A stretch of 64,000 nt of DNA from Klebsormidium nitens. Taxonomy: Eukaryota > Plantae > Klebsormidiophyceae. The position numbers were made by a program, and so were the translations under genes. Under the pieces are notes generated by a model. The model was not told the origin of the DNA, did no database searches, and was given only the letters and a program-made list of their open reading frames with translations. This document shows, in pieces, positions 26,501 to 37,500 of the stretch (the first letter of the stretch is position 1; each line of letters starts with the position of its first letter). The DNA lies in the NCBI GenBank assembly GCA_000708835.1, contig DF237298.1, forward strand, positions 1-64,000, in the 5' to 3' direction.

Positions 26501-27258
26501 TTGAATCGCACGGCAGAAGCTGACCGACTGTAGAATTTGCCACCAGCACGTTCGTACTTGCGCCGGACATTGTCCCCGGTTACACCTTATCTCTGCCCTT
26601 CGTGCCTGTCGTTGTGAACTCTGCTGCGAGTATCTTGAAATGCTGCATCTGTTCCCTCCGTTCTGCACCGACCTTGACAATCAACGTAGCTCCACTGCTG
26701 GATTATGAGGATGATGACCCCACTCCGTTTCGCCTACTATCTCGGGCGCCCGTGTCCGTCTTTGTGCGAGTCTCAGTCTGACCCCAGGTATCGGAGACAG
26801 GGCTTTCTGGCTGTACGTAATACTACTTTTTTAGATCGAGGCCAAGTAAGCCTCCTTTTGGTAATCTAAGCAAGTGAAAAGACTGTTTGGCGTCTTTACC
26901 CTGGAGAGGCCAGAGTCGCACACCCTGCAGCGCTGATTGTGACATCAAGAGGGCATTGATTTCAAGGGACTCTTTTCCCTTCAAGTCTTGAGACGGAAAT
27001 ACAAATCACAGCTAACCGTCAAATCTTGCCTCGGACGACCAGCTTTATTTTTGCGGGCCACTGCATTGGTCGCCGGAGGGGGAATTGGTCCTTGATACCT
27101 GTGGTCAACGGGTTGAAAGGAAGAGCTGACTCATAGCCGTTTTTCCGAATTGCAGGGCGCATCTCATTGGGAGCGTCAGCGACTACTGCACCGTGAATGC
27201 TCCCTGCCCCGTGACTGTAGTGAAGCCCAAAGCGTACAAGAACAAGGATGCAGCTTAG
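23505..27258 (+). CDS. Universal stress protein A (UspA)-like protein, 5 exons: 23505-23546, 24396-24483, 25241-25347, 25936-26057, 27156-27258
   Basis: MAKRSVLLAIDKSK-EAAYAVDWALENLIRPDDQVTLLYV...GDARAEIVAAAEEMNASMLIMGSRG...LIGSVSDYCTVNAPCPVTVVKP is the typical plant USP pattern. Splice phases are consistent. Confidence 0.92.
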
Positions 27259-28569
27259 AGGGGGGGCGGTTGTTTCGACGCAGCAATGGACTGCCAAGGG
27301 GGTAGACTCTCAAATCGTGTCCGAGGATAGGAACGAATAATACATGGGCAATATAGGGGGCCCCGAACAAGAGGATGAGTCGTCATTCTGGAAAGAGAAG
27401 GCAACGAGCCTCACCTCAAGCGCACAGTCAACAGTACACCTAGATAAAAGAGTCGGGACTTGGCCCGCCTAACTTGAACCGTAATAAAGTGTCCTCCTGT
27501 ACAAAGTTCAGTCTAGCTGGTGACCTTGTCTCGATCAGAGAAGGTGGGACGTCTTGGGAGGAATGTTTTTGTAGTCCCCTTGTAGCGAGTTAGTAAATTA
27601 CCCTAGACGTTAGTACACAGGCGATGGTTGAGAACCCCCACGTTGGGGCCGATACTCAAAAGCAGTGTTTCATATATAGGGCAGCGATAAAAGTAATCGG
27701 TAGAGGGAAGACTTTGAGGTTGCGAGTTCAGAAGTCGCAAATTAAAGAAGCAACAAATTGAATGTAACACGTCATCTGGTTTCAGTTTGTGATGAGCTGA
27801 GATCAGCGAAAAGCATCAATCGGTGACCTTGCAACAAGGAGCGCGGCTGTGAAGAGAAGTGACTCGTCCCAACTCTTGCAATCAAGACGTCAACGAAACC
27901 CAGAAAGTTATCGGCCGATCTGAGCCGTCTGAAAGATGCTAGAATGATTTCAATGCGACGACTTTTCTGCCAGGTAAGAGTGCAGAAGAAAGCTCCCTAC
28001 CACGTAGCCGACGCAGCTAGACTAGATACCGGTACAAACTAATCGAACACCATATCTTTCCAAAGGCTCCCTCGTTCGTTCCTCCCGCTCCGGGTCTGTC
28101 AAAAGAGTTCGGATACCTCTGCCCAATTGGTCGGATTCAAATTTCAAGTGCGTCAACTTAGGATCAGGGGAAATTGAAATATCTACATGTAGCCCACAGA
28201 ACTACCGTACCTGCTCCACATCGGTTTCCACCCTGAATTGTATCAAGAATCAGCCCTCCCGTGCTAGGCAGTGCATGGAGCTTTGCCAGACGGCCCTTGC
28301 AAACTTTTAGAAGCTGTTGATTTGAATCTGGAGACAAGCGGACGGTCTTTCCTTGCTATCGCCGGGCCACCGTCCAACTCCTCAAATGTGACAGATCGGA
28401 CGGTGTCAATCGCCTTCGTTGAGTTCCAAGGCAAAAGGCTCGGCCTTCTGATTACAACAAGAGGCCGAAATTCAAGGCCGAGTTGCACTCTTCAATTGGC
28501 TCTGATAAAGAAGTCTTAACAAAAGGAACGGCTGTGTCAGCTTTGGGCCACCGCAGCATATGATTTCAA

Positions 28570-28680
28570 TTTAGGTAAAGTAAGCTTTAGGTAAAGTAAG
28601 CCAAGCAGCCTGGGACGGGTGGGGTTAGGGTGGGGGTTAGGGTGGGTCCGGGTGCGGAGCCGGTGATTTTGAGGGTTAGG
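28570..28680 (+). repeat. 16-bp direct repeat (TTTAGGTAAAGTAAGC x2) followed by a G-rich TTAGGG-containing tract (G-quadruplex candidate)
   Basis: GGGACGGGTGGGGTTAGGGTGGGGGTTAGGGTGGGTCCGGG contains eight G3+ runs. TTAGGG occurs at 28625 and 28637. Confidence 0.8.
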
Positions 28681-29143
28681 TTTTTTGTGTTAGGCTCGGA
28701 GCTTACTATACCTAGAGCTTACTTAACCCAAATTGAAGAGACATCACCGCAGCGAGTATGCTGACCGCCTGTGCAACGATTTCATCAACTTATCGTTCGA
28801 GCGATTCGTCGATGCTTACATAGCCTTGGGAGGCACAGCATTCACGCACATTTCTGCTGAGCACTTTCATGGCGCGCTTGACCTAATCCTTATTCTAGAG
28901 TACAAGAGTAGCTTCGGACTCGGCGCTTAAGTGTAGATGCAGATGCGCAAGTGCTGAAAGATTATACGAAGAGCAGGCAGCCCCTTCCAGGGGCTTCTGC
29001 TTGCTTTGATACGAGAAATTTGGTGCTAGCGGTAGATGACGAAGGCGGATTTTAAGATCTCTATCTTTGGACCCTATCTTACGAACTTGAATGTGGCTGT
29101 TCTAGACTCCAGGATTTTGTGACGTCTCTGGGACCTGACAGAA

Positions 29144-30544
29144 ATGAAGCAGCTGTTGCTGAGCAGGGAAGGAAAGCGTGTAAGAGAAGATGGCCGAGAC
29201 CCCTTCAGAAGACCATCCCCTTTCGAATCTATGCCTCTTGATATTATCTGCAACATTCTATGTAGAGGATTTGATTTGAAGGAGCTTTTGTGCATTGAAA
29301 CTGTTTGTAAGCTGATGCGGAGAGCAAGCAACGAAGTGAGCAGTCTGAAGATTGACACAGGCTGCCTAAACTGTGGTTCGGGAAGAGGGTTTCTCATGTC
29401 CAGTCTGGAGTTTAGCTTGCAGAATCGCAAATTTTCTCAATTGAGAAGCATAGTGTTTAAAGGAACTCCAAAATACTGTCGGCAGTGCAGCTCTTGGAAT
29501 CATTTGCGAAGGGACGACGTTGAGATTCAAGGGATTCGAAACATGAGCAGAAAACTTGCAGATGCGCTCTTCCGCTACGTTTGATCCGCAGAGGCAAACC
29601 TCCTTGAGTTTCAATACAGGGATTCCTTAGGACCCGATCTGCATACTATCTTTAACGTCCTGTCCTTCTGCAAATGTCTGGAAACGCTCGAGATCAACGC
29701 GCAGTACGGAGACGCAACAATCAGCACAAGGGCTTCTACTGCGTCTATTCCAAGCCTTCAGGTGCTGAAGATCATCAGCCGGGGAACCTCTTATGATCTT
29801 CTGACCACAATCATAGCTGGCTGTCAAAATCTCCGGGAGTTGAAGCTTCTCTGCTCTTGCAACGACGGCGGTGAACGCACTCTGATTTTGAAGCTCGAGC
29901 ACTTACAAAGGCTGACACTACGACTCGATGAACAGCTGAGCTTTGATCTGGTTTCCGGCGAACAACTTCAGTTCGTCAAATGCACTAGAGAAGAGTGTGA
30001 ACTACCAGAGATGCCTCAGATAGTCATCAGGTGCCGGTGCCCTAAGCTCGTCGACTTGCATCTGGAGAACCTCATCTGGTTGGAGAGCTTGCAGATACTT
30101 GAGACAGCTCCAAATGCACGCAATCTGACCTTCGTAGAAGAGTTTTACTGGGGAACACCTGAAGAGGGGTTGCAAACACGGCTAGACGTTCTGGTCGGAA
30201 GACTTTCTTCCTCAAACAAGCATCTTGCGACGTTGCGGACAGGGCCTGGGATTCTTTTCCACCCTCTGCCGCAGAATCTATCGGAAGGGCCAAAACTGGA
30301 GAAGCTGATTGAGTGGCTCGTGGTTGATAAGATGGCCTCTTATGATTTTCCCGAACAGAGGAGGCAGTTTGAGTACATGCTAAAGAGCAGTCCTTCTTTG
30401 GAGAAGCTAACGCTGAGGGTGGACCTTTTCGGCGGAGAGGACATCATCGACGCCTCACAGTGGACCGAGCTTTTGACGATCTTTCTGGCACTTCAAAGAG
30501 ACTTTGGAAAGGTTGAGCTTGGTATGAAGCTCGAACGTCGTTAA
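29144..30544 (+). CDS. F-box / LRR (RNI/FBD-like) protein, apparently intronless, interrupted by one in-frame TGA at 29582-29584 (possible pseudogene)
   Basis: F-box motif PFESMPLDIICNIL...LLCIETVCKLMRR, then RNI-type repeats (CQNLRELKL, CPKLVDLHLEN, SPSLEKLTL). The ORFs at 29144 and 29762 share a frame, and the sequence between them is open apart from the single TGA. Confidence 0.75.
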
Positions 30545-31502
30545 CGACCGGCAAAGCAGCTACCATGGTGAACCTTAATTGTTACCAGCAATAAACTGTT
30601 ATATTCCAGCATTGTATGTTTGGATATAATAGGAATTTCATCGCATGCAAGGTTAGTACGTACGGGCCGACTCCCGCTAGACACTATTGCGCAGTCGAGT
30701 CCGGTATGTCAGTACGTACGACGTCCGTCTTTGAAATGATCATGCCAAAGCGACCTTACGTAGAGCTGTTCAGCCGCCTCCACCGTTTCCGTAAGGTGGG
30801 CCCTTGTCGCCCATGCAATGCACGATAGACAAGCTAGCAGCTAGCTAGAGGAAACATAATGGTGCGGTATTGCAATGCATTGCGGCATGATCCGACAGAG
30901 CTCAGGCTAGGTTGCAACTTGCTAGGTCTGATTTGTCGGAAGATGGTTCGCTACCGTACAATACATTAGGAACATGTCCACGCCACATAGCTGGCATTCA
31001 AGATGCCCTCGTTCCTGCACACCGCGCCACCGTGCCTTTGATAGGCACGTGCTTGAAGAAGCAGTGTCCATGCACGCCAAAGCGGGTACAACTCAGTAAA
31101 CATCTTAGAATGGACGCGTAATGATCCATGCATTTGATGTGCTCGATCGTATGTTAGAAAGCCTTCATGTGCACACGATTGAAGCCTCAGTGCACTGCAC
31201 TACCGTCCAGGAATTACGAGTCAGTGAGTTCCGAAGGCAACGTCCACCCCACGTCACGACCACAGCATACTAAGATCTGGGACACACGTTTTGAATTCGG
31301 AGAGCAACTGCACGAGCTCGATAAACGTCCGGTCATCGGCTGTTAAGTCAACCCAGATACTTGTAAAGGATGAGGCGCGCGTATCTCATACGGGTGATGC
31401 AAAAACGACACGTCCGGGTGGATGCCCTGAAGGACCGATTGGACGTCCTCTGCACGAACCCTGCAGCTCGCTACGGAAGCGGCCGTATGCTTTATAAGCT
31501 CG

Positions 31503-34500
31503 TCATACTTTCAATGCAGAGAAGAGCTCCCCCATATTGACCCACTTGTATGCGGACCTGTCCATGATCCTGCTTATGCTACCCAACGCGCGGTCCAAAG
31601 ATAATCGCAGCAGAGCCGTCCGGTTCTCCGCCAACGCGCGCGCGGACGCGTCCGGGATCTTGAGCAGCGCCTTTTGGACGTCCAGCAGCCGATGGAAGTG
31701 CGACAGCTGCTTGTACAGGTCCGCCTCCGTGTACTGCGAGAAACGTAGGTAAGAGTAACTTTGGAAAAGGTCACTGCAGCCCCATTGGATTCTGGGAGCT
31801 CTTTTAGAATTCGTGGTGCTGCGCTTGTTCGAAGTTGAACGTGCTGCTTAGCTTGGAAAGCTTGCTGATATGACTCAATCTGGCCGGCATAATGCTGCCT
31901 TCTTGTACCGCGAAAATCGAAATTGAAGGTTAGCGAGGGGTTGAATCGAACGCTCTCCAAGCTACAACGGTTGCGGGTCGGCCGGACCCCACCGCTAATG
32001 ATTATCAGTGCTTACTCGAGACTTTGGATCGAACAACGTTCCAGAAGGTTCGCAACTCGAGACAGCTCATTTGGCGCTGTCGTGATCCACCCACCCTCAT
32101 CGCTGATCGAAGCGGCCGGCAAAAGTGCCACTCTAGAAGCAATCACTCCGTTTCTAATTTGCAGAGGAACGTATCATAGCGACCCGACAATCACGTCTCT
32201 TTCACCATATGCTACTCGTGAGGATGACGTCACTAGTACATATACCGGCCATTTCCTCACCTCCCGAGTGAGCTTCCCGTTGCACCGCGGGTAGTTCGGA
32301 CACACGCTGCCTCGCTCCGCGTCCGACAGCACTCGTCCGCACACGTTGCGCGTCCTGACGTCACACATGTCGTCATCGCAGCGTAGCCAGCCCTCGTAGT
32401 AGCGCCCGATCTGCTCCTCGGCGCGGAGCTTGACCTGGGGAGTGGAAAAGATGGAAGAGGTGAGACCGATTTAATGGCAACAATGATTCGTCGGTGGTTC
32501 AGTACCGGTTACTTATCACCCTCCGTGTTGAGAGAGACGAGGCGTAACGGTTGGCTATGGTCCGCTTTTCGCTGACAGCTCATCTTTCCGCTCTTCGTTC
32601 CTTCGTTCCTTCGTTCCAGTAAAAGCCTTCTTTTCTACGCACCCGTGATGTATCCTGGCGAACAGACGACACCGCAGCATCAGGAGAGCCGAAAGCAGCC
32701 TTTTTGAGCATCCAGGTCAGATTCTTCGTCCGCATCCGGTTCGCTTTGGGACGGAATGGACGGCGGCTAATACAATCCGAAGTATGTTAACTACACTAGA
32801 TCAAACAGCGGTTCTAACCAGAGTGCGCCAAGCACTCATTCGTTTCCAAGACAACGCTTCTACAGGACGCTTTCCATCGAACAAACTGTAGCTTCTTCTT
32901 CAATCTCAAATATTTGCCACACTAATATCTAAGCACCTCGGAAATGCTCCTGACAAGTGACCTGCAAACCTACCTGGTTCGCCAACACAGCCGGCGTCAC
33001 GCTCCGGTTCCCGCACTCTGGGCACGCCAGCACATCCAACGGCTGAGCTTTCTCCCCGCTGCCCATCGACGGACTAGATGGGCTCGCAGGGGCCCCATTC
33101 CCCTGAGGCCTCAGAACCGACGCCGGAGAACCCGGCTCGGTTTTCACCGTAAGCGGGCTCGCGGGCGCGGTCTGGGGGGGCGGGTTTAGCAGGGAGGCGA
33201 CCCCCCCGAAAGGGAAGGCGGCCTGGCAGCCGGGGCAGGTGAGGCGCAGGGGGAGGCAGTTCTTGTAGCGGTCGTCGTCGTCAAGCGTGGAACCGCTCGC
33301 GAGCAGCGCGTCCTCGCGCGCGGACGCGGGAGTGGCGACTTGCTGGTGGTACTGTAATCAAGGCAGTTTGGGTTTTAGCTCACTCAGGGGTTAGTAGCTC
33401 AGGGTTTGAGAAGAGCTCAGGCGGTTGAGGGCTTAAGAAGTTTGGGTTGGTAAACGAAGAAAGTGGAGCCGCTCGCAAGCAGCGCGCCTTTGCACGCGGA
33501 TGCGGGGGTGTCCGCCTGCTGGTGGTACTGCGGTCAAGGAAGTTTCAAACCAGCGGGCTAGCAACCAGAATTCGGGTTTGCTTTGTGGGTTATGCCGTTT
33601 CTACGGGTTTGGGGAATTGTCGGGGAGAGTGGAGCCGCTCGCGAGCAGGGCGTCGATGCGCAGGGACGCGGAGACGCCACCTGCTGGTGGTACTGGGGTC
33701 GAGAAATTCGGTTTTAACTTGATGGCAACTTAGGGTCGGATGTACCGCAGGGAACTTCACTCCTTACGGGCTTTATATGCTCCGAGCGATCATTTTCGAG
33801 CAGCGCATCATAGTCAAAACAAGTAACGGTCACCGGACCGGCCCTTTGAAAAGAGTGGGTCTTTGAACACCCCGTTTTGCGTTCACGTTTTGCGTGGCCT
33901 ATGCTTCGAATCTTGCCCACTGCCTTTTCCCTCCGATTTGCTGTCCCATCATGCATCCACCATCCTAAAACCAGGTGACCCCCGCTTGCTGCACATAGGG
34001 ATGAGCTATTTCATCCAGCGAGCCCTTTCCCTTCGCTGCTCACAGATTCTCGGATTCTGATCATGACGACAACGGCACAAATTTGAATATGGTTTTGACG
34101 AGATCGGCAGCCCACCTTGGCGGCGTCGATGCCCAGGCAGTCAGCGATGCGCGCGGCGTCGGTGCCTTCGATGGGTGCGCACAGCCGAGACACCACCGGA
34201 TGAACCTGCATTGGTTCAGAGCACCGATTACTGTCCGTAAGTTTCTGAAATGCAAAGCAATCTGCCCGAATCAACCTGAGTCTTGGCTTTCCGCCTAGCT
34301 TTTTGATATGGGATGTGGCGTCTCCGGATCCGACTTTAGTCATTTGACTCTACTGCAGCGCCTACGACGGCCAATTCCGGAAGCTCCGCAAACGTTGCAA
34401 TGCCTACTCAATTTTCTTGGGGCGGAACGACCCGAAAGCAGACGGATGGTCAGAACGGAACGGCACACCCTCCTGCTGTAAGCATCAATGCTCGGCCGCC

Positions 34501-37500
34501 AGACGCCGTCAATACTTATAGCTAGTGTGGTAAAACAAACGGGACGAGCGCAATAAGCGGACGGAGCGGCAGCTCGTACCTGCTGCGAAAGGTAGTAGTC
34601 GATGTCTGGCTGCCAGGCGCCGTCGGGCGTAATCTCGTCGATGTGCCGCGCCCGCTCTGCCACGGCACCGGCCTGAGGTGGCGAATCCTTCTCGCGGCAG
34701 ATTATGTACGGAACGGTCGCACCGACTTGTGACGACTCGCGCTTGCCGGCTTGGCGCAACCGCAAAGCGACCTGTAAGGGGAAGTAAGCAATTTGGAAGG
34801 AGGCGCAATAGGAGGCTATCTTGAGGTAGAGTCTTTCAAGGATTCGGCAAAACATGTGGGGAACGATAGCGCCGATTTGGCACGCCTTGCGCTTGCCGGC
34901 TTGGCGCAAGCGCAGAGCGACCTGGTTGGGGGAAGGAGGTAAAGTTTGATAGTTTAGGATGTTGTTGCGTGCGAGATCAGATTTGAAGGCTAGAAAGCCG
35001 GTCATGAGGAAAAAAACTCACCGGATGGGCAGGACCTGGATAGGATCCTTGTAGGACGCCGCAAGTCCGAAGTAAGCCAAACAATGTTGCGACTTCCAAG
35101 TGAGACGCAGTCCGGAGTCGGTCCAAAGGCTTCAGGTCGACGAGGGTTCGCATGAGACACGTGGCAGTCTCCGTTGGCTACACGAAAGCCGAGCTACTCC
35201 AAGCTTCGCCGGCTCCCTAGGCCCGTTGGGGTTCTACCCGAACTCCTTCTCCAAAGTTCACACGAAGTTTCCAAAAGGAAAAATCCTACCTTCAAGATCT
35301 CTGAAGAGATATCTCAACCCTGGTTAGCACAACCCGCAAAATCGCCAAGGTTAAAGTTCACCTGCACATGCGGCTTTGAGTATCCTGAACTCCGAAGCCC
35401 ATAAGTATCCGAACCCGCAAAAGCGAGTTGGAATTTATCTTGGGACTCAAGCTGAAGTTTGAACTTCATAAATTGAGTTAAAGCCTCGGAAAGACAAAAC
35501 CGCCAAAGTCGAAGCCCACCTGCACGTGCGGCTGGCTTTTGGCGTCGGGGTAGTCCTCCGGGGGCTTGGTCAGCGTCTTGGTGATGACGAACTTCTCCAG
35601 CGGCACCAGCCCCGCGTCCATGTCCTCACGCAGCTGACGTCAGCAGCACAGGAGATGACGTCAGGCTAATAAACCATGCTTTTCGTTACAGTCTGGTGTC
35701 TAAAAAGCCAGATGCACAAATAGCTGCGGAGATTGCAAGGGGCAGTCAGTGAGAGCCCTTTGGACACGGTTTACACTCAAGATTCAAAGTGCGAGGCAGA
35801 TTAGTGAGAGCGGATAAGAGCACTGCCTCCAAGGCTTCTTACCTTATATTTGTAGCTTCAACTCTCTGCTTATTCTGGAACCGACAAGCAATTGCGAACA
35901 CCATCGCGCCTTGAAATTTCTTTGATGCACCTACGCATCAATCGTGTGATACCTGCAAACGGAAACGCTATTGCATCCAAGCAAAGAACCTTGTTCCCTT
36001 TGAAACCTAGGATTCCAACTCACCTTGCGGAGCTCTGAGTGGATCGCCTCGACGACGTCTTCCTTGGAGAGGTCCCCCCGCAGGATCTGCTCGAGGCAAT
36101 AGTTGCCGATGTCTTTCGACAGAACGCTCCAGTCACGCCGCACGATGTCCAGCCCCTTCATCTCCAAAATCTGGAAAAGAGGGCAAAAAGCGGTGCTCAG
36201 CTTTGAGCTTGATACGAGGAGCCCGTTTTCGAATGACATTCAAAGGTTCGGCGTTCTGCAGCAGACGGTGCTCGCGTTCGTTTTGGCGAGCTGGATGCCT
36301 CGCTTATAATGGCGCAAAATTGCCAGTGCCTTCAACCTCCTTGATCTGGAGGGTAATGTGCGCACGAAAATTCGCGAAACGGCTCACAGAAAAGGCAGGG
36401 TAAGAATCTGGTCGAGGAACATTTGGATAAATTCAAAGGAGGCACAGGGCTTAAATTTGGCAAGCACAAAGCAGCCTGGACAGATAAGCGAGGAGTCCTT
36501 AAGCACAGTGTATGGAGCAGCCTGGCTGACCTCTCCCGACTTTTAATAACCAAGCACGAAAAAGCCTGAACTTAGGAGCGAGGGATCACATAAGCACGAA
36601 GTATGGAGATGTCTGGCTGACCTCCCGCAGGGAGCCATCTCCGGCTGGCTCGATCTTGAGCGCGGCGTATTTCTTCTTCTTGAGCAGCAGCATGCGCTTG
36701 AAGATGCCGTCCATCTCGATCTCCAGCAGACGGTACCGTTTGTTCACCTGACAAGAGCAGAAACAGACCACGTTTTTCCACAGCGCTCTCCCTTCTTCCG
36801 CGACACTAAGGTAAGCAACGCAAGTGACCCTTGTTGCCCCCAAAGTTGGATCCACTGATCACATTGACTCTCGTCGGAAGGGCCGGTTTTGTCAACGACG
36901 CAGACTTTACACCACTTGTGGCACCAAAATAGCAACCGATAAGCAGAGGCCGTTGTTCGGTCTTCCCCATCCCAGATTTCTCCCTTTATTCCACTGCGTC
37001 TCTCCACCACTTTTTGCTTGCAGAACAAGGAGAAAACTGGATGTGCAACCGATATTCCCTAAAGAAGTCGCTTCGCTCTGACCTCTTTCTTGACGGCGGC
37101 GCCCTTGGCCCTGACGTCAGCGATGTCGTCACTCCCGGTGTTGATCATGATGGAGTCCGTGTCGCCGTAGATGACCTCCAGGTTCAGGTTGGAAACTAGA
37201 TCGACGGTGCTCTGCAAAATCTCGCGCCCCTGTGACGTCACCAGCTCCGCGATGGGCTTGGCGTAGAAGCGCGAGTTGCTGAAGCCGAGGCAGCCGTACA
37301 TGCTGCAAAAGCAGGGTGGTTTGACTGGTGGTTAAGGATAACCAGGAGCAAGATTTCAATCCATTTTGCTGAGCCTTGACGGATGCGAGATGCCTAAAAC
37401 GAGGGCAGCCGGACCTGCTGCATAGAAGGGGTAACTTGCCAGGTGTGTCGATGGGTGATCAAAAAAACGTAGCAATTTGAATGAATTGCTGAACTTCGGG

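Noticed and set aside
27789-27925. GTGATGA...CTGA as a C/D snoRNA
   Set aside because: No terminal stem or identifiable rRNA antisense element. The similar box pairs at about 55943 and 56421 are too close together.
28264-28930. Short ORFs upstream of the F-box gene
   Set aside because: No motifs and no linking splice pattern.
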